Below are positions 27,931-38,201 of a stretch of 64,000 nt of DNA, piece by piece. The stretch is from an uncultured Gammaproteobacteria bacterium (GTDB lineage: Bacteria; Patescibacteriota; Patescibacteriia; CAIXNZ01), in the NCBI GenBank assembly GCA_964590345.1, contig CAZPVP010000004.1, positions 42-64,041 of the forward strand, read 5' to 3'. Position 1 is the first letter of the stretch; every line of letters begins with the position of its first letter. The position numbers and the translations under genes are program-made. Under the pieces are notes generated by a model, which saw nothing but the letters and a program-made list of their open reading frames with translations, had not been told where the DNA came from and made no database searches.

Positions 27931-28917
27931 TTACAAAACACCAATTTGTTTTTTTACCTCATTTAATGTTTTTTGAGCAATTTTTTGGGCTTTAGCAGCA
28001 CCTTCTTGAAGCACTTTTTCAATATATTCAGGATTTTTTTCTAATTCTTTACGTTTTTCACGATAAGGGGCAAAATACTGAGAGATTGCCATGGTTAAGG
28101 TTTCTTTTAATTCAGAATATTTTATAGTTTTATTTTTAATCTGTTCTTTAAAATGATTAATTTCATCAATAGTGCCAAATTCTGCCAATAAAGTCATTAA
28201 ATTTTGTGCACCGGCTGGTATTTTGTCTTCCTGACCCGTGCCAGTAACGGCTCTAGACAATTTTTGTTTAATTGTTTTAGGGCTGTCATTTATGGCTATA
28301 TAATGTCTTGGTCCGGCGCTTTTTGACATCTTTTTATCCGGCTCAATTAATGACATAACTTTTGGCACAGGTGTTAATAATGGTTTTATTGCTTTAAAAT
28401 AGGGGCCAAATTTATTATTAAACCAGCGAACAATTTTGTTTGTCAGTTCTAAGTGCTGGATTTGATCTTGGCCGACCGGAACAAAATCCGGCTGATAAAG
28501 CAAAATATCAGCAGCTTGCAAAACAGGATAATCAAGCAAACCGGCATTAATGTTTTGAGCTTGGCTGGCGGCTTTATCTTTAAATTGGGTCATTCTTTCA
28601 AGTTCGGTAATCGGTGTAATGGTATTAAAAATCCAGGTCAGTTCCGTGCATTGCGGCACATCGGGCTGGTTAAAAATTATACATTTATTAGGGTCTAAAC
28701 CAATAGCTAAAAAATCCAAAGCTAAATTAAAAATATCCTGTTTTTTCTTTTTGGGATCATAATTTTCAGAAATTGAATGATAAGTGGCCAGAAAAAAATA
28801 ACATTGGTATTTGTTTTGCAGCCCGACAAAATTTTTCAGCGAACCCAAATAATTGCCAATATGCAATTCACCGCTTGGCTGGACACCAGAAAGAACTATC
28901 TGTTTTTTGTTTGTCAT
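27931..28917 (-). CDS. trpS: Tryptophan--tRNA ligase
   Basis: SGVQPSGELHIGNY, YPVLQAADIL, VPVGQDQ, KMSKS. Confidence 0.97.
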   Translation of the reverse strand: MTNKKQIVLSGVQPSGELHIGNYLGSLKNFVGLQNKYQCYFFLATYHSISENYDPKKKKQDIFNLALDFLAIGLDPNKCIIFNQPDVPQCTELTWIFNTITPITELERMTQFKDKAASQAQNINAGLLDYPVLQAADILLYQPDFVPVGQDQIQHLELTNKIVRWFNNKFGPYFKAIKPLLTPVPKVMSLIEPDKKMSKSAGPRHYIAINDSPKTIKQKLSRAVTGTGQEDKIPAGAQNLMTLLAEFGTIDEINHFKEQIKNKTIKYSELKETLTMAISQYFAPYREKRKELEKNPEYIEKVLQEGAAKAQKIAQKTLNEVKKQIGVL

Positions 28918-29146
28918 ATAATTTAATTTTACTGGTAATTTTGATTTATGTAAAGTGAACCAAAGAGAAATAACATGCCTTGCAGAGTGTTTTGTGATTG
29001 ATTAAAAAAAGCAAATTTTTGTGTTTTCGGGATTTTATTTTGGCTTTTTTCTTTGCAGAGAAATCTAAAATAAAATTTTTTTATAATCTAAAAAAATAAA
29101 AAACCGGATTTTTAGTAAAATCCGGTTTAACACTAAAGAAAAAGTA

Positions 29147-30169
29147 TTAGGGGATATTAGGATCATCGTCGTCTGGATCCAGATTATCTGTGACCCAGTC
29201 GTTGTCCGAATCCCTTTGATTTTCCTGATAGGTGGTGTCCTCGCAGCGGTCGCCGATGCCGTTATTATCAGCATCCGTTTGCTGCGTGTTTGTAAAAAGG
29301 TGACAATTGTCCGGGCCGCCATTTTGCGGACCGTCTGGTACTGTGTCGCCGTCATAATCGAGAATGATTTCCACTTCGACTTCACCATCACCATCATCTC
29401 CGTCATTTAGGAATGGGCAGAGATCAGGATCAGGTACGAAACAAACAGGATAGCCACAGCCGAGTTCGCACTGTCCGGTATCAGGATTTGGCGCGATATA
29501 GTCGTCGGTTGTGTAGGTGTAGGTAAAGGTGTCATCTACTGTTACATAAAGTGGAGCAACCGTATCAGCATACCATTCTACATCGCCGGGTTCGCCATCT
29601 CCGATTGCCTGTACTGTAGCGTCGACTGTGCCAAAGAAAGGATAACCTCTAGTATAGGTTGTGGCACAGCCACCGGCCAAGGGCGTATCCCAGATGCTTA
29701 TCCATGCATTCTCGGCAATTGGATCATAATGGCTCAAGGCCAGGTAGCCAGTAACAGTCGAGTCATAGCAGACAGTTACTTTAAAGCCAGTTGCTGCTTC
29801 GCACAGATTATCAGGGTCATCAGGGCAAGGATCAAGAGGTGAACAAATGGGTGTCCATCCTTCTGGCCAAGTGCTTTCATCTGCACCTACGCATTGTCTT
29901 GTAGATTGCCCGCTTTCTGGCAACATGTCGCCATCGGCATCCGGACACATTTCTATCCACGCCCATCTGTTTGGATCATCAGGCGCACAATCAGATTCGT
30001 CAGGCACGCCATCTTGATCTGAATCGACGGTAGTATCACCGTCTCCATTTTCATGTGTCGTAGTGTTGTTTGTTTCACTGTTGTCATCTCCGCCGCAATT
30101 CATTGTTGCTACGATACAGAGAACGATTAACATACAAAATAAAAGCAAAAACTTTCCCTTTTCTTTCAT
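29147..30169 (-). CDS. Putative lipoprotein with thrombospondin type-3-like Ca-binding repeats
   Basis: Signal peptide ending NCGGDD; DxDxDG and DNC...Q.D.D.NGIGDRC motifs; AGGAGGT RBS. Confidence 0.7.
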   Translation of the reverse strand: MKEKGKFLLLFCMLIVLCIVATMNCGGDDNSETNNTTTHENGDGDTTVDSDQDGVPDESDCAPDDPNRWAWIEMCPDADGDMLPESGQSTRQCVGADESTWPEGWTPICSPLDPCPDDPDNLCEAATGFKVTVCYDSTVTGYLALSHYDPIAENAWISIWDTPLAGGCATTYTRGYPFFGTVDATVQAIGDGEPGDVEWYADTVAPLYVTVDDTFTYTYTTDDYIAPNPDTGQCELGCGYPVCFVPDPDLCPFLNDGDDGDGEVEVEIILDYDGDTVPDGPQNGGPDNCHLFTNTQQTDADNNGIGDRCEDTTYQENQRDSDNDWVTDNLDPDDDDPNIP

Positions 30170-30491
30170 TGGATTTACCTCCTTTATTGAATTTATTATT
30201 TTTAAAGGGCGTTCTTTTTTTGTTTCACCTTTATATTTTAAAGTAGCTGTTTTTTTAAGCTACTAAAATAAATTAATTGTTATCTCTTAAGCTTAACTTA
30301 TTTTAGCAGCCTAAGCTTATTTATAACGTTTTCTATTTTATATTGTAACAGAATATTGTAGATTAGCATGTTTTAAAAATCTTGTCAAGTTTTTGTATAG
30401 TTAACACCAAGGGGGTTACGGGTTTTTAAATATTTTAGATAAAAGAAAAAGGCTAACTTTTTGAGTTAGCCTTTTAAAACAGGTTGGCGTT

Positions 30492-31205
30492 TTATTCCCA
30501 CAAATGTGTGGGGCAATCATCTTCTTGAACCATACAGAATGGGTACCCATATCCGAGATTTGGGTCGGCGACATAATCATCAGCCGTATATGGTCCGGTA
30601 GTGTAGATTAATTCATCAGTCAGGGCAGACCTGACCGTGATTTCGCAAGGCGGTCGGTCTTGCGCGTACCAACTGGTGTACGGATCGTATTTGTCCGAAT
30701 TTGTTGGTACGTTTGTACTGTCAGCAAATCCGTAAGTGATTACTGTTGGAGTACCGATGGGGATTTCCCATGATGCACATCCGTCTGCGTCAATTACAGC
30801 GTCATGCCACTGGATCCATTCCTCTTGATCTTGATTAGGGGCCGGATGAGCTATTGTAAGATAGCCCTCCAAAGCATCACAGTAGCAGACTTTGACAACC
30901 TTTTCCAAATTTTCGCAGGATGTGTCTCCGTCAAGGTCAACGCAGGGGTCGTCATCATCACAGACAGTATCACCGTCTTGGTCACCGGTTATGCAGTCAT
31001 CGCAGAGAGTGTCTCCGTCTACATCAATGCAGTCATCCACATCGTCGCAGACAGTATCTCCGTCGGCGTCGCCTGCTGTACAGGTGGTGTCTCCTCCGTT
31101 CGTATTGTTTGTGTTGTTCGTAGTGCTGTTATCGTCTCCGCCACAGGCCGTAAATATGGTTACAGCAAACAAGACGCTTAGAAAGACAAGAAACGTTTTT
31201 CTCAT
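30492..31205 (-). CDS. Putative lipoprotein, paralog of 29147..30169
   Basis: Lipobox FTACGGDD; repeated DGDTVCD motifs; shared KVxVCY and GYPxC motifs. Confidence 0.75.
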   Translation of the reverse strand: MRKTFLVFLSVLFAVTIFTACGGDDNSTTNNTNNTNGGDTTCTAGDADGDTVCDDVDDCIDVDGDTLCDDCITGDQDGDTVCDDDDPCVDLDGDTSCENLEKVVKVCYCDALEGYLTIAHPAPNQDQEEWIQWHDAVIDADGCASWEIPIGTPTVITYGFADSTNVPTNSDKYDPYTSWYAQDRPPCEITVRSALTDELIYTTGPYTADDYVADPNLGYGYPFCMVQEDDCPTHLWE

Positions 31206-31594
31206 TTACGTTTTCCTCCTTTTTTTAAAAATTTTTTGCCAACCTGTTAGTTTATTTGTCAAAGTAGTGATTTAAACTACTGGAATAAATCAATTTTTAT
31301 AAATTAACTTATTTCAGTGGCCAAATTGAGATTTTTAGTTAATAAACCATTGTAGCATATTTTAATAAATTTGTCAAGCTTTTAAATGGCAAGAGCCCCC
31401 GCCCAATGCCAAATATTAGGGCTTACTGCTCTGCTAGCCAAAAATTTCAATAAATAATAGAACTGTTAGTATGAAATTCAAAACTGATTAATCAAGTATT
31501 TTAATAGTATTTTTTATAAAAAAGATTATTTTTGAAAAGAAAAAACGGGCTTTAAAAAATAAAGCCCGTTATGCGAAAAGGTATTAATCACCAA

Positions 31595-32824
31595 TCACCA
31601 TGGAGGACAGATGCCGCCATCACCTGCGCCATTAGCGCCTTCGCCGCAAGCACCGCCAGCGGCAACAACAGCACCGCCAACAATTACTGTCCCAATAACC
31701 CCGCAAATGACTGGATGGCGTTTACAGTACCAGCCATCTTTTTTCTTGGGGGGCGGTGGAGGCGATGAAGCAGTAGACGGATCAATCGGTGTGGCGCGTT
31801 TAATGCAAATCACCGTGATTACAATTTTATCATCTACCACCTTTTGTGCAATAAGACAGTTGGAGGGGATATTGTGATAGGATATTTCAGGCGATGTGCA
31901 TTCGGGGCAGGTCTCTTCTGGCCGGGAAGGCGTAATGGGTATCTCGCCGGTTCTTTCGACCACTCGGTTTTCAGAAACAACAACCGCGATGACGGCCTGA
32001 TTGTCTAATTGACCTCCAGGCCGAATGCCCCAGCTGGCGAATTTAATTCTTCGTATAGCTGTGGGGGGCACCCCTCTGCTGAGGAGCTCCCTGTGTACCG
32101 CAGTTGTCCTGGCATAGGCCAGAGCTTCATTACACTTACGGTTGCCCCTAACCTTGTATGCATTGGCTGGGGCAGTCCCTTCTCTGTGAACGCTGACCGT
32201 CGCGATATAGTTATAGTCAGGCGTTACATAGCAAGCACCAAATTTTACTCTGGAGCTTTGCCCATGCAGAAGGATAAGTCGGTGCGGTTTTTTCCCTTCA
32301 GCTGTCAATGTAGCTAGGTCAGGTTCCATGCTGGGCACAATACGATTCGTTGCTGTTGGGAACTTTTCGATGATCACAAATGGGTCAGCCCAACCAAGAA
32401 CAGTATTTCCGTGAGGGATAGTGTTGAGATTCACGTCCGGGTGTTCACCCTGAGTACCAGTGGAAGTAACCATATCTGTGGTGACCGGAACAACGCTCCC
32501 GTTTGGCAGTTTGACCAAGATTTGGTACACGGTACCACTTGGTCTTGCCAATGGGTTGGCACTCGGGATTGAACCGCTAGGCCAGCCATTGCCGTTTTTA
32601 GAGGTCACTTTATAAGTTTCACCAGCTTTGACCAGCAGAATGTTGCCACTTGCCCAGTCAAACGAAGGTGGCACAGTGACCGTCAGGTTTTCAGCTTCTC
32701 TTGTCGGCGCATCAGGCATGGGATGAGTTCCAGCCAGCGCAAAGTTGTAGAGCGTGCTGTAAACCATAAAGATTCCGGCCATGATTATCCTTGTTTTTTT
32801 GAAGACTGTTTTTTTCTTGAACAT
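31595..32824 (-). CDS. Secreted or membrane-anchored hypothetical protein
   Basis: Signal peptide (..FALA), Pro-rich linker, C-terminal hydrophobic segment; AGGAGGT RBS. Confidence 0.65.
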   Translation of the reverse strand: MFKKKTVFKKTRIIMAGIFMVYSTLYNFALAGTHPMPDAPTREAENLTVTVPPSFDWASGNILLVKAGETYKVTSKNGNGWPSGSIPSANPLARPSGTVYQILVKLPNGSVVPVTTDMVTSTGTQGEHPDVNLNTIPHGNTVLGWADPFVIIEKFPTATNRIVPSMEPDLATLTAEGKKPHRLILLHGQSSRVKFGACYVTPDYNYIATVSVHREGTAPANAYKVRGNRKCNEALAYARTTAVHRELLSRGVPPTAIRRIKFASWGIRPGGQLDNQAVIAVVVSENRVVERTGEIPITPSRPEETCPECTSPEISYHNIPSNCLIAQKVVDDKIVITVICIKRATPIDPSTASSPPPPPKKKDGWYCKRHPVICGVIGTVIVGGAVVAAGGACGEGANGAGDGGICPPW

Positions 32825-33126
32825 TTAAATACCTCCTTTTTGGTTTTTTTTATTCTCAAGGTTCTTCAGATTAATACCTTTTTTCCTACTTATATTTTAA
32901 AGCAGCTTGTTAATTAAGCTACTAAAAGAAAATAATTTTTAAAGTTATTTTATTTCAATAGCCTAAATCAATAATTTGGTTTTAATAAACCATTGTAGCA
33001 TATTTTAAAATGTTTGTCAAGCGATTATGGTTTTTTAAAAAGGTTTTTTTATTATCTATAAAATAATAAAAAAAACCGGGTAAATTTTTAAAATAACCCG
33101 GTAAATTTATTTATCATTTTTTTGAA

Positions 33127-33810
33127 TTAAGGAGCTGGTGGCCACTGGTATTTGCCGCCAGGTGCAGGTGGTCCTTCGTAGTTGCCACTAGGAGCTGGTG
33201 GCCCTTCATAGTCATTGCTAGGAGCTGGTGGCCCTTGGTAATCAGGTGTGGTTTTTTTAAGTGGTGATGTATATTTTTTTGATCTTTTTCTTGGTTTTCG
33301 CGGTGGTTTTTTTCTCGTTACTTTTTTCGAGGATTTTGTGACAGTTATTTCTTTATGCTTTTGCTTGATAGTTGGTTTTTTCGGCGTTTTTTTTTCACAA
33401 GGATTGCATTTTTTTTGTGCATCTTTTTTAATTTTTGGCAGGTTTTTTTTTGACCACGAGCACCAGTTGGTGCAAAAATAGCTGGTTACATTGAAGTCAT
33501 TCAATTCATTGTCATCAGGAATCGGCAAATGAAATTTTTTCAGAATCGCAAGTCTTGTCAGTGCTCTTTTGTGAAACAAGTCTTTTTCTTTTTTTAATTG
33601 TTTGATTTTTTCTTTCAGTTTGGCAATTTCTTGTTTCGCATCATCATTGGGGCCACCTTTGGTTGAGCTTTTATTGTCAGGTGAAATCTGCTCGTTGTGG
33701 TCATTAAATCCCTTGAAAGTGGCCAAGCCAAGCAAAATTATTGCAATTAAAATCCCTAACTTGATCAGCCATTTGGAACCGCTGCTTTCTGGTTCAGATG
33801 CTGTTGCCAT
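33127..33810 (-). CDS. Membrane-anchored hypothetical protein with C-terminal YxGPPAP repeats
   Basis: N-terminal TM helix; four 30-bp repeats at ~33130-33245; AGGAGGT RBS. Confidence 0.7.
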   Translation of the reverse strand: MATASEPESSGSKWLIKLGILIAIILLGLATFKGFNDHNEQISPDNKSSTKGGPNDDAKQEIAKLKEKIKQLKKEKDLFHKRALTRLAILKKFHLPIPDDNELNDFNVTSYFCTNWCSWSKKNLPKIKKDAQKKCNPCEKKTPKKPTIKQKHKEITVTKSSKKVTRKKPPRKPRKRSKKYTSPLKKTTPDYQGPPAPSNDYEGPPAPSGNYEGPPAPGGKYQWPPAP

Positions 33811-33995
33811 ATAAGTACCTCCTTTTGTGATTTTTATTTTTCAAAGAATACCTTTAAAGAATACCTTTATTGAAGCCAATTTGGCTTAATAGTATATTTT
33901 AGCAGTTTTTTTTGATTTGTCAATAGTAATTGATCTTTTTAAAAGATAAATACCGCCGGCTCTCTGCCGGCGGTAGCTTATTTAATTCCATACAG

Positions 33996-34148
33996 GAAAC
34001 CCCAACGACTGAAAAGCTCGAAGCGAGCTTTGAAGGATTTGGGGGATGAATGCGTGTGAACACTAAAGTGTTCGCACGGTTAACGAGCCGCGAAGCGGCT
34101 CGAGTAGCGGAGCAAAGGAAACCCCCAGCGACCGAAGGGAGCTGGGGG
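33996..34148. repeat. Cluster of short GC-rich hairpin repeats
   Basis: Two GAAACCCC.A.CGAC..GAAGG..TGGGGG units flanking GTGAACAC-TAAA-GTGTTCGC and GAGCCGCGAAGCGGCTC. Confidence 0.55.
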
Positions 34149-34175
34149 AGGACGTCATTTATATTTTATAAGCTA

Positions 34176-35891
34176 TTAAACCTTGATAACAACTGGCAAA
34201 ATCATGGGACGTCGTTTGGTTTGCTGATATAAATACTGGCCGATTTCATCACGAATTTTGTTTTTAATAAAATCATCAAAAGCAGACGATTTTGTGTCAG
34301 TATCTTCGCAGATTTTTTTTACTTTCATGCGGGTTGATTCAATTAATTTTTTGTTTTCTTTCATATAAACAAAACCGCGTGAAATAATATCAGGATTGCC
34401 AATTAATTTGCCAGTTTTGCCTTCAATGGTCGCTATAACAACCAGCATGCCGTCGGCTGACATGACTCTTCTGTCTCTTAAAACAATATTGGAAACATCC
34501 CCTACACCTAAACCATCAACCATAACATAATCAGCTGGCACGTGTTCTTTTGTTAAGCGTCCGCCCTGTTTAGTAAATTCCATAACTTGGCCATTATCAG
34601 CAACAAAAATATTATTTTTTGGGATGCCAACACTTTCAGCGATTTCGCCATTAATCCTTAACATGTAATGATTAGCTTCAATAGGAATATAATATTGAGG
34701 TTTGAGCAAACGGATTAAAAGCTTTAAATCTTCTTTTTTGGCATGGCCGCCGGCATGGACATCCATCATTTTATAATGGATAACTTTGCCACCTTTACGA
34801 TATAAAGTGTCTTTTAGATGCTGAATTGTCCTTTCATTGCCTGGAATTACAGATGAAGAAAAAATAATGGTATCGCCTTGTTTCACGTGCAGATATCTAT
34901 GCTCATCATTGGCAAACCTGACTAAAAAGGCGTTTTGTTCGCCTTGTGCTCCGGAGCCGATTATAACTATTTTATTGTCAGGATATTTTTTTTCATTATA
35001 GCTTTCAGATGCGATTAATGTTCCCGGTTTTACTTTTAAATACCCCAATTTATGGGCAATTTCAACATTGGTTTTCATGCTGCGGCCTTCAATCATGACT
35101 TTACGATTGAATTTTTCGGCCATACTAATAATTTGCTGTATGCGATTTAAAAGTGAAGCAAATGTGCCGACAATAATCCGGCCATGGGCTTTTTCAAAAA
35201 TCATTTCTAAATCATCACTAACTTTTGTTTCAGAAATTTGATGGCCTGATTCTTCGGCATTAGTGCTGTCAGCCATTAAAGCCAAGACGCCTTGCCAGCC
35301 GATTTTGGCAATTTTAGTTAAATCAGCCGGCTTATCATTAATTGGGTTATAGTCAATTTTAAAATCACCAGAATGAACTATTGTGCCGAGAGGCGTTTTT
35401 ACCACTACGCCGAAGCTATCCGGCACATTATGATTAACTCTGAAAAATTCGACATTAAAAGCCCCCAGTTTTAAATTACTGTTTTCGTCAATAGTGTAAA
35501 ATTTTAATTTTGGCGCGTTTTTAAATTCTTCCTGCCTTTTTTGAATGATGCCGACAGAAAGTTTTGCAGTATAAATGATCGGGTTGCCAATTTTAGGCAT
35601 AATATGAGGGATTGCACCAATATGATCATAATGGCTGTGAGTAATAATTACTCCTTTAACATTTTTTTCTTTGCCTTTTAAATAAGATATGTTGGGAATA
35701 ATATAATCAATCCCGGGCATATCTTCTTCAGGAAACTGCAATCCCATATCAATTATAATTATGTCCTGACCATATTCAAACAGGGTCATATTACGGCCGA
35801 CTTCTTCAAGCCCACCTAATACCATAACTTTTAATTTTTGTTCTTTTGAAAAATTGCCCGTTTTTGAACGGTTTGTTTTCTTATAAACCAT
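34176..35891 (-). CDS. rnj: Ribonuclease J
   Basis: LGGLEEVGRNM, ITHSHYDHIGA, DSTNA, VHAGGHA, RRPMILPVV. Confidence 0.96.
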   Translation of the reverse strand: MVYKKTNRSKTGNFSKEQKLKVMVLGGLEEVGRNMTLFEYGQDIIIIDMGLQFPEEDMPGIDYIIPNISYLKGKEKNVKGVIITHSHYDHIGAIPHIMPKIGNPIIYTAKLSVGIIQKRQEEFKNAPKLKFYTIDENSNLKLGAFNVEFFRVNHNVPDSFGVVVKTPLGTIVHSGDFKIDYNPINDKPADLTKIAKIGWQGVLALMADSTNAEESGHQISETKVSDDLEMIFEKAHGRIIVGTFASLLNRIQQIISMAEKFNRKVMIEGRSMKTNVEIAHKLGYLKVKPGTLIASESYNEKKYPDNKIVIIGSGAQGEQNAFLVRFANDEHRYLHVKQGDTIIFSSSVIPGNERTIQHLKDTLYRKGGKVIHYKMMDVHAGGHAKKEDLKLLIRLLKPQYYIPIEANHYMLRINGEIAESVGIPKNNIFVADNGQVMEFTKQGGRLTKEHVPADYVMVDGLGVGDVSNIVLRDRRVMSADGMLVVIATIEGKTGKLIGNPDIISRGFVYMKENKKLIESTRMKVKKICEDTDTKSSAFDDFIKNKIRDEIGQYLYQQTKRRPMILPVVIKV

Positions 35892-35997
35892 AAATTTAAA
35901 TTTTTAATTAATGATGCACAAATGTATAATGTGTAATTACACATTGTTCATTTGAAAAAAGAGTTCAATTTATCATGTCGCTCACGAATGACGTGAT

Positions 35998-37833
35998 TTA
36001 TTTAAAAAAAATTTTTTCAGTTTTTATATATCGGTTTTCAATATTAATAAAACGATCAAAAGGATTAGCGATCCTTTGAAGATTAAAGCCTTTGATTTTT
36101 TTGTTGACTGGATAAGTATAAGTCGGGGTATAAAGAAAAATAGCAGGCAAATCTTCAATCAGCAAGTTTTGAAATTCTTGATAATTTTTGTTTCTTAAGT
36201 CGTTGTCATTGGTTAAACGAGCTTCTTCTAAAAGCTGATCAGCCCGACGATTGGCATATTTGGCCAAATTGACTCCCGGGGCTTCTCTTTGTGAAGAGTG
36301 CCAAAAAGGAAAAAGATCAGGATCATAGCCAATAATTTCACCATAAAGCAGGGCTTGGTAATTGCGCGGATTAATTATTTCTTTTTCTATTTTATCTTTA
36401 GGCGCTATTTGTAATTCAGCTTTAATGCCGATACTCTCCCAAGACTCTTTAATTAAATTAGCAGTTTTGATATTTTCTGATTGTTCAATAGTCGTAAGAA
36501 TAATTTTTAATTCTTGGTCATCTTTTTTGAGAGTTTCGCCGTCCAGATCCCAGCCGTCATTAGCCAAAAGTTTAACTGCTTTTTCTGGATCATAATTATA
36601 TTTTTTAATTTCAGGATTATAACCCAAAAAGTCAGGTAAAATCGGGCCATCAATAATTTGACCTTGATTTTGCAGGACGTCTTCAAGTATTTTGTTTTTA
36701 TCAATAGAATAGCTGAGAGCTTCTTTTATTTTTTTATTTTCTAAAAGTTCATTGTTTTTTGAATTGAAAAAGACAGCTGTATATTGAGAGAGAGGGATGT
36801 TATATAAATTTAAATCCCTTTTGTTGCTGAATTTTTTTAGATATTCTTTTGGCAAAAATCCCAGACTTTGCACCTCTTTGTTAATTAGTGCATCAATAGC
36901 ATTTTCATAATTAGGATAAAATTTGAAAATTATTTTATTAATATAAGGGATTTTGCCATAATAATCTTTATTTTTTTCTAAAACATAAAGTTTGATTATA
37001 CCGCTTTTTTCTTTAACTAAAGACTTAAATTTAAAAGGGCCGCTGCCAATTGGCTTTTGATTATAAACAGCTAATTTAGCATTAATAGCTGGGATATCAT
37101 ACCAAAGATGTTGAGGAATAAGACCAACAGTTAAAATATTTAAAAAAGCAGCGTAAGGTTCTTGTAAAGTAAATCTAACTGTGTAATCATCAATTTTTTC
37201 TACAGTGACTCCTTCAAAACTACGATAAAGCGGGCTTTTAAAATCAGGGTTTTGAATGCTTTGTATGGTAAAAACAACATCAGAAGCAGTTATTTTTTCG
37301 CCGTCATGCCATTGGGCATTTTTTTTCAAATGAAAAGTGTAAGTTTTTTGGTCTTCTGAAATCTCATATTTTTCAGCTAAATCCGGAACAATTTCTAAGT
37401 TTTCATTGTATTTTAAGAGGCCAGAAAAAATTAAATGGGAAAGATCTAAATCAGCATTGATATGGCTTTGAGCTAAAATTGGGTTAATATATAAAGGAGA
37501 GCCGATCAATCCTTCGGAACATTCACCGCCATTTTTAGGGGCAGTGGTTAATTTTTTAAAATAATTTGTATAAATTAAAAAAGAAGAGCAAATTAAGACT
37601 ATAATCAATAAAATTTGAATTATTTGATATTCTTTTTTGGAAATAGTTTTTGGCAACTGTTTTAACTGTTTCCAACGCGGAAATTTATGGCCATTTAATT
37701 TAGTAATGATTTTTTTATCTAAGTTTTTCTGTTTAGAAATTTTTCGTGATTTTTTGATTTTGGCTAATTGAAAAACAACAAAACTTTTTAAGTTTCGGCT
37801 TAAATCAGAAAGAAATTTAATTTTAGAAGCCAC
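35998..37833 (-). CDS. Peptide ABC transporter substrate-binding protein (family 5)
   Basis: PDLAEKYEISEDQKTYTFHL, WHDGEKITASDVVFT, PIGSGPFK; GTG start uncertain. Confidence 0.9.
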   Translation of the reverse strand: MASKIKFLSDLSRNLKSFVVFQLAKIKKSRKISKQKNLDKKIITKLNGHKFPRWKQLKQLPKTISKKEYQIIQILLIIVLICSSFLIYTNYFKKLTTAPKNGGECSEGLIGSPLYINPILAQSHINADLDLSHLIFSGLLKYNENLEIVPDLAEKYEISEDQKTYTFHLKKNAQWHDGEKITASDVVFTIQSIQNPDFKSPLYRSFEGVTVEKIDDYTVRFTLQEPYAAFLNILTVGLIPQHLWYDIPAINAKLAVYNQKPIGSGPFKFKSLVKEKSGIIKLYVLEKNKDYYGKIPYINKIIFKFYPNYENAIDALINKEVQSLGFLPKEYLKKFSNKRDLNLYNIPLSQYTAVFFNSKNNELLENKKIKEALSYSIDKNKILEDVLQNQGQIIDGPILPDFLGYNPEIKKYNYDPEKAVKLLANDGWDLDGETLKKDDQELKIILTTIEQSENIKTANLIKESWESIGIKAELQIAPKDKIEKEIINPRNYQALLYGEIIGYDPDLFPFWHSSQREAPGVNLAKYANRRADQLLEEARLTNDNDLRNKNYQEFQNLLIEDLPAIFLYTPTYTYPVNKKIKGFNLQRIANPFDRFINIENRYIKTEKIFFK

Positions 37834-37872
37834 GGATTAGAATTTAAAATTATTTATTTATAAGAGAAGTGA

Positions 37873-38082
37873 TTAATATAAAATATTTAACAGTGCTGTT
37901 CCTAAAAACAAAATTGACAAGATAACCGTCACAATATGTAGAGATTTTTCTAGCCCTCTTTTGGTACGATAGATATTGCCTTCACCGCCAAAAGCAGCAC
38001 CTAGGCCAGAACCACGGTGTTGTAATAAAATAACAGCAATTAAAACAATTGATAAAACAATTTGAATAATATTTAATAACAT
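37873..38082 (-). CDS. secG: Preprotein translocase subunit SecG
   Basis: ILLQHRGSGLGAAFGG...TKRGLEK between two TM helices. Confidence 0.93.
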   Translation of the reverse strand: MLLNIIQIVLSIVLIAVILLQHRGSGLGAAFGGEGNIYRTKRGLEKSLHIVTVILSILFLGTALLNILY

Positions 38083-38201
38083 ATTTGTAAAGCTTAACAG
38101 AAGTTAATTTACTTGTCAACCTTAATATTGGTTTTTTATTATAGGAATTTTTATTAGATATGTTATAATAAAATTATAAACTTAAATTAAAAAAAAGACA
38201 A

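Noticed and set aside
33130-33245. 30-bp repeats as a CRISPR array
   Set aside because: Contiguous in-frame coding repeats without unique spacers; no cas genes in the window
29147-33810. High-GC exported proteins as remote DGR targets
   Set aside because: No similarity to TR or its invariant 3' end found by eye in these or other genes in the window
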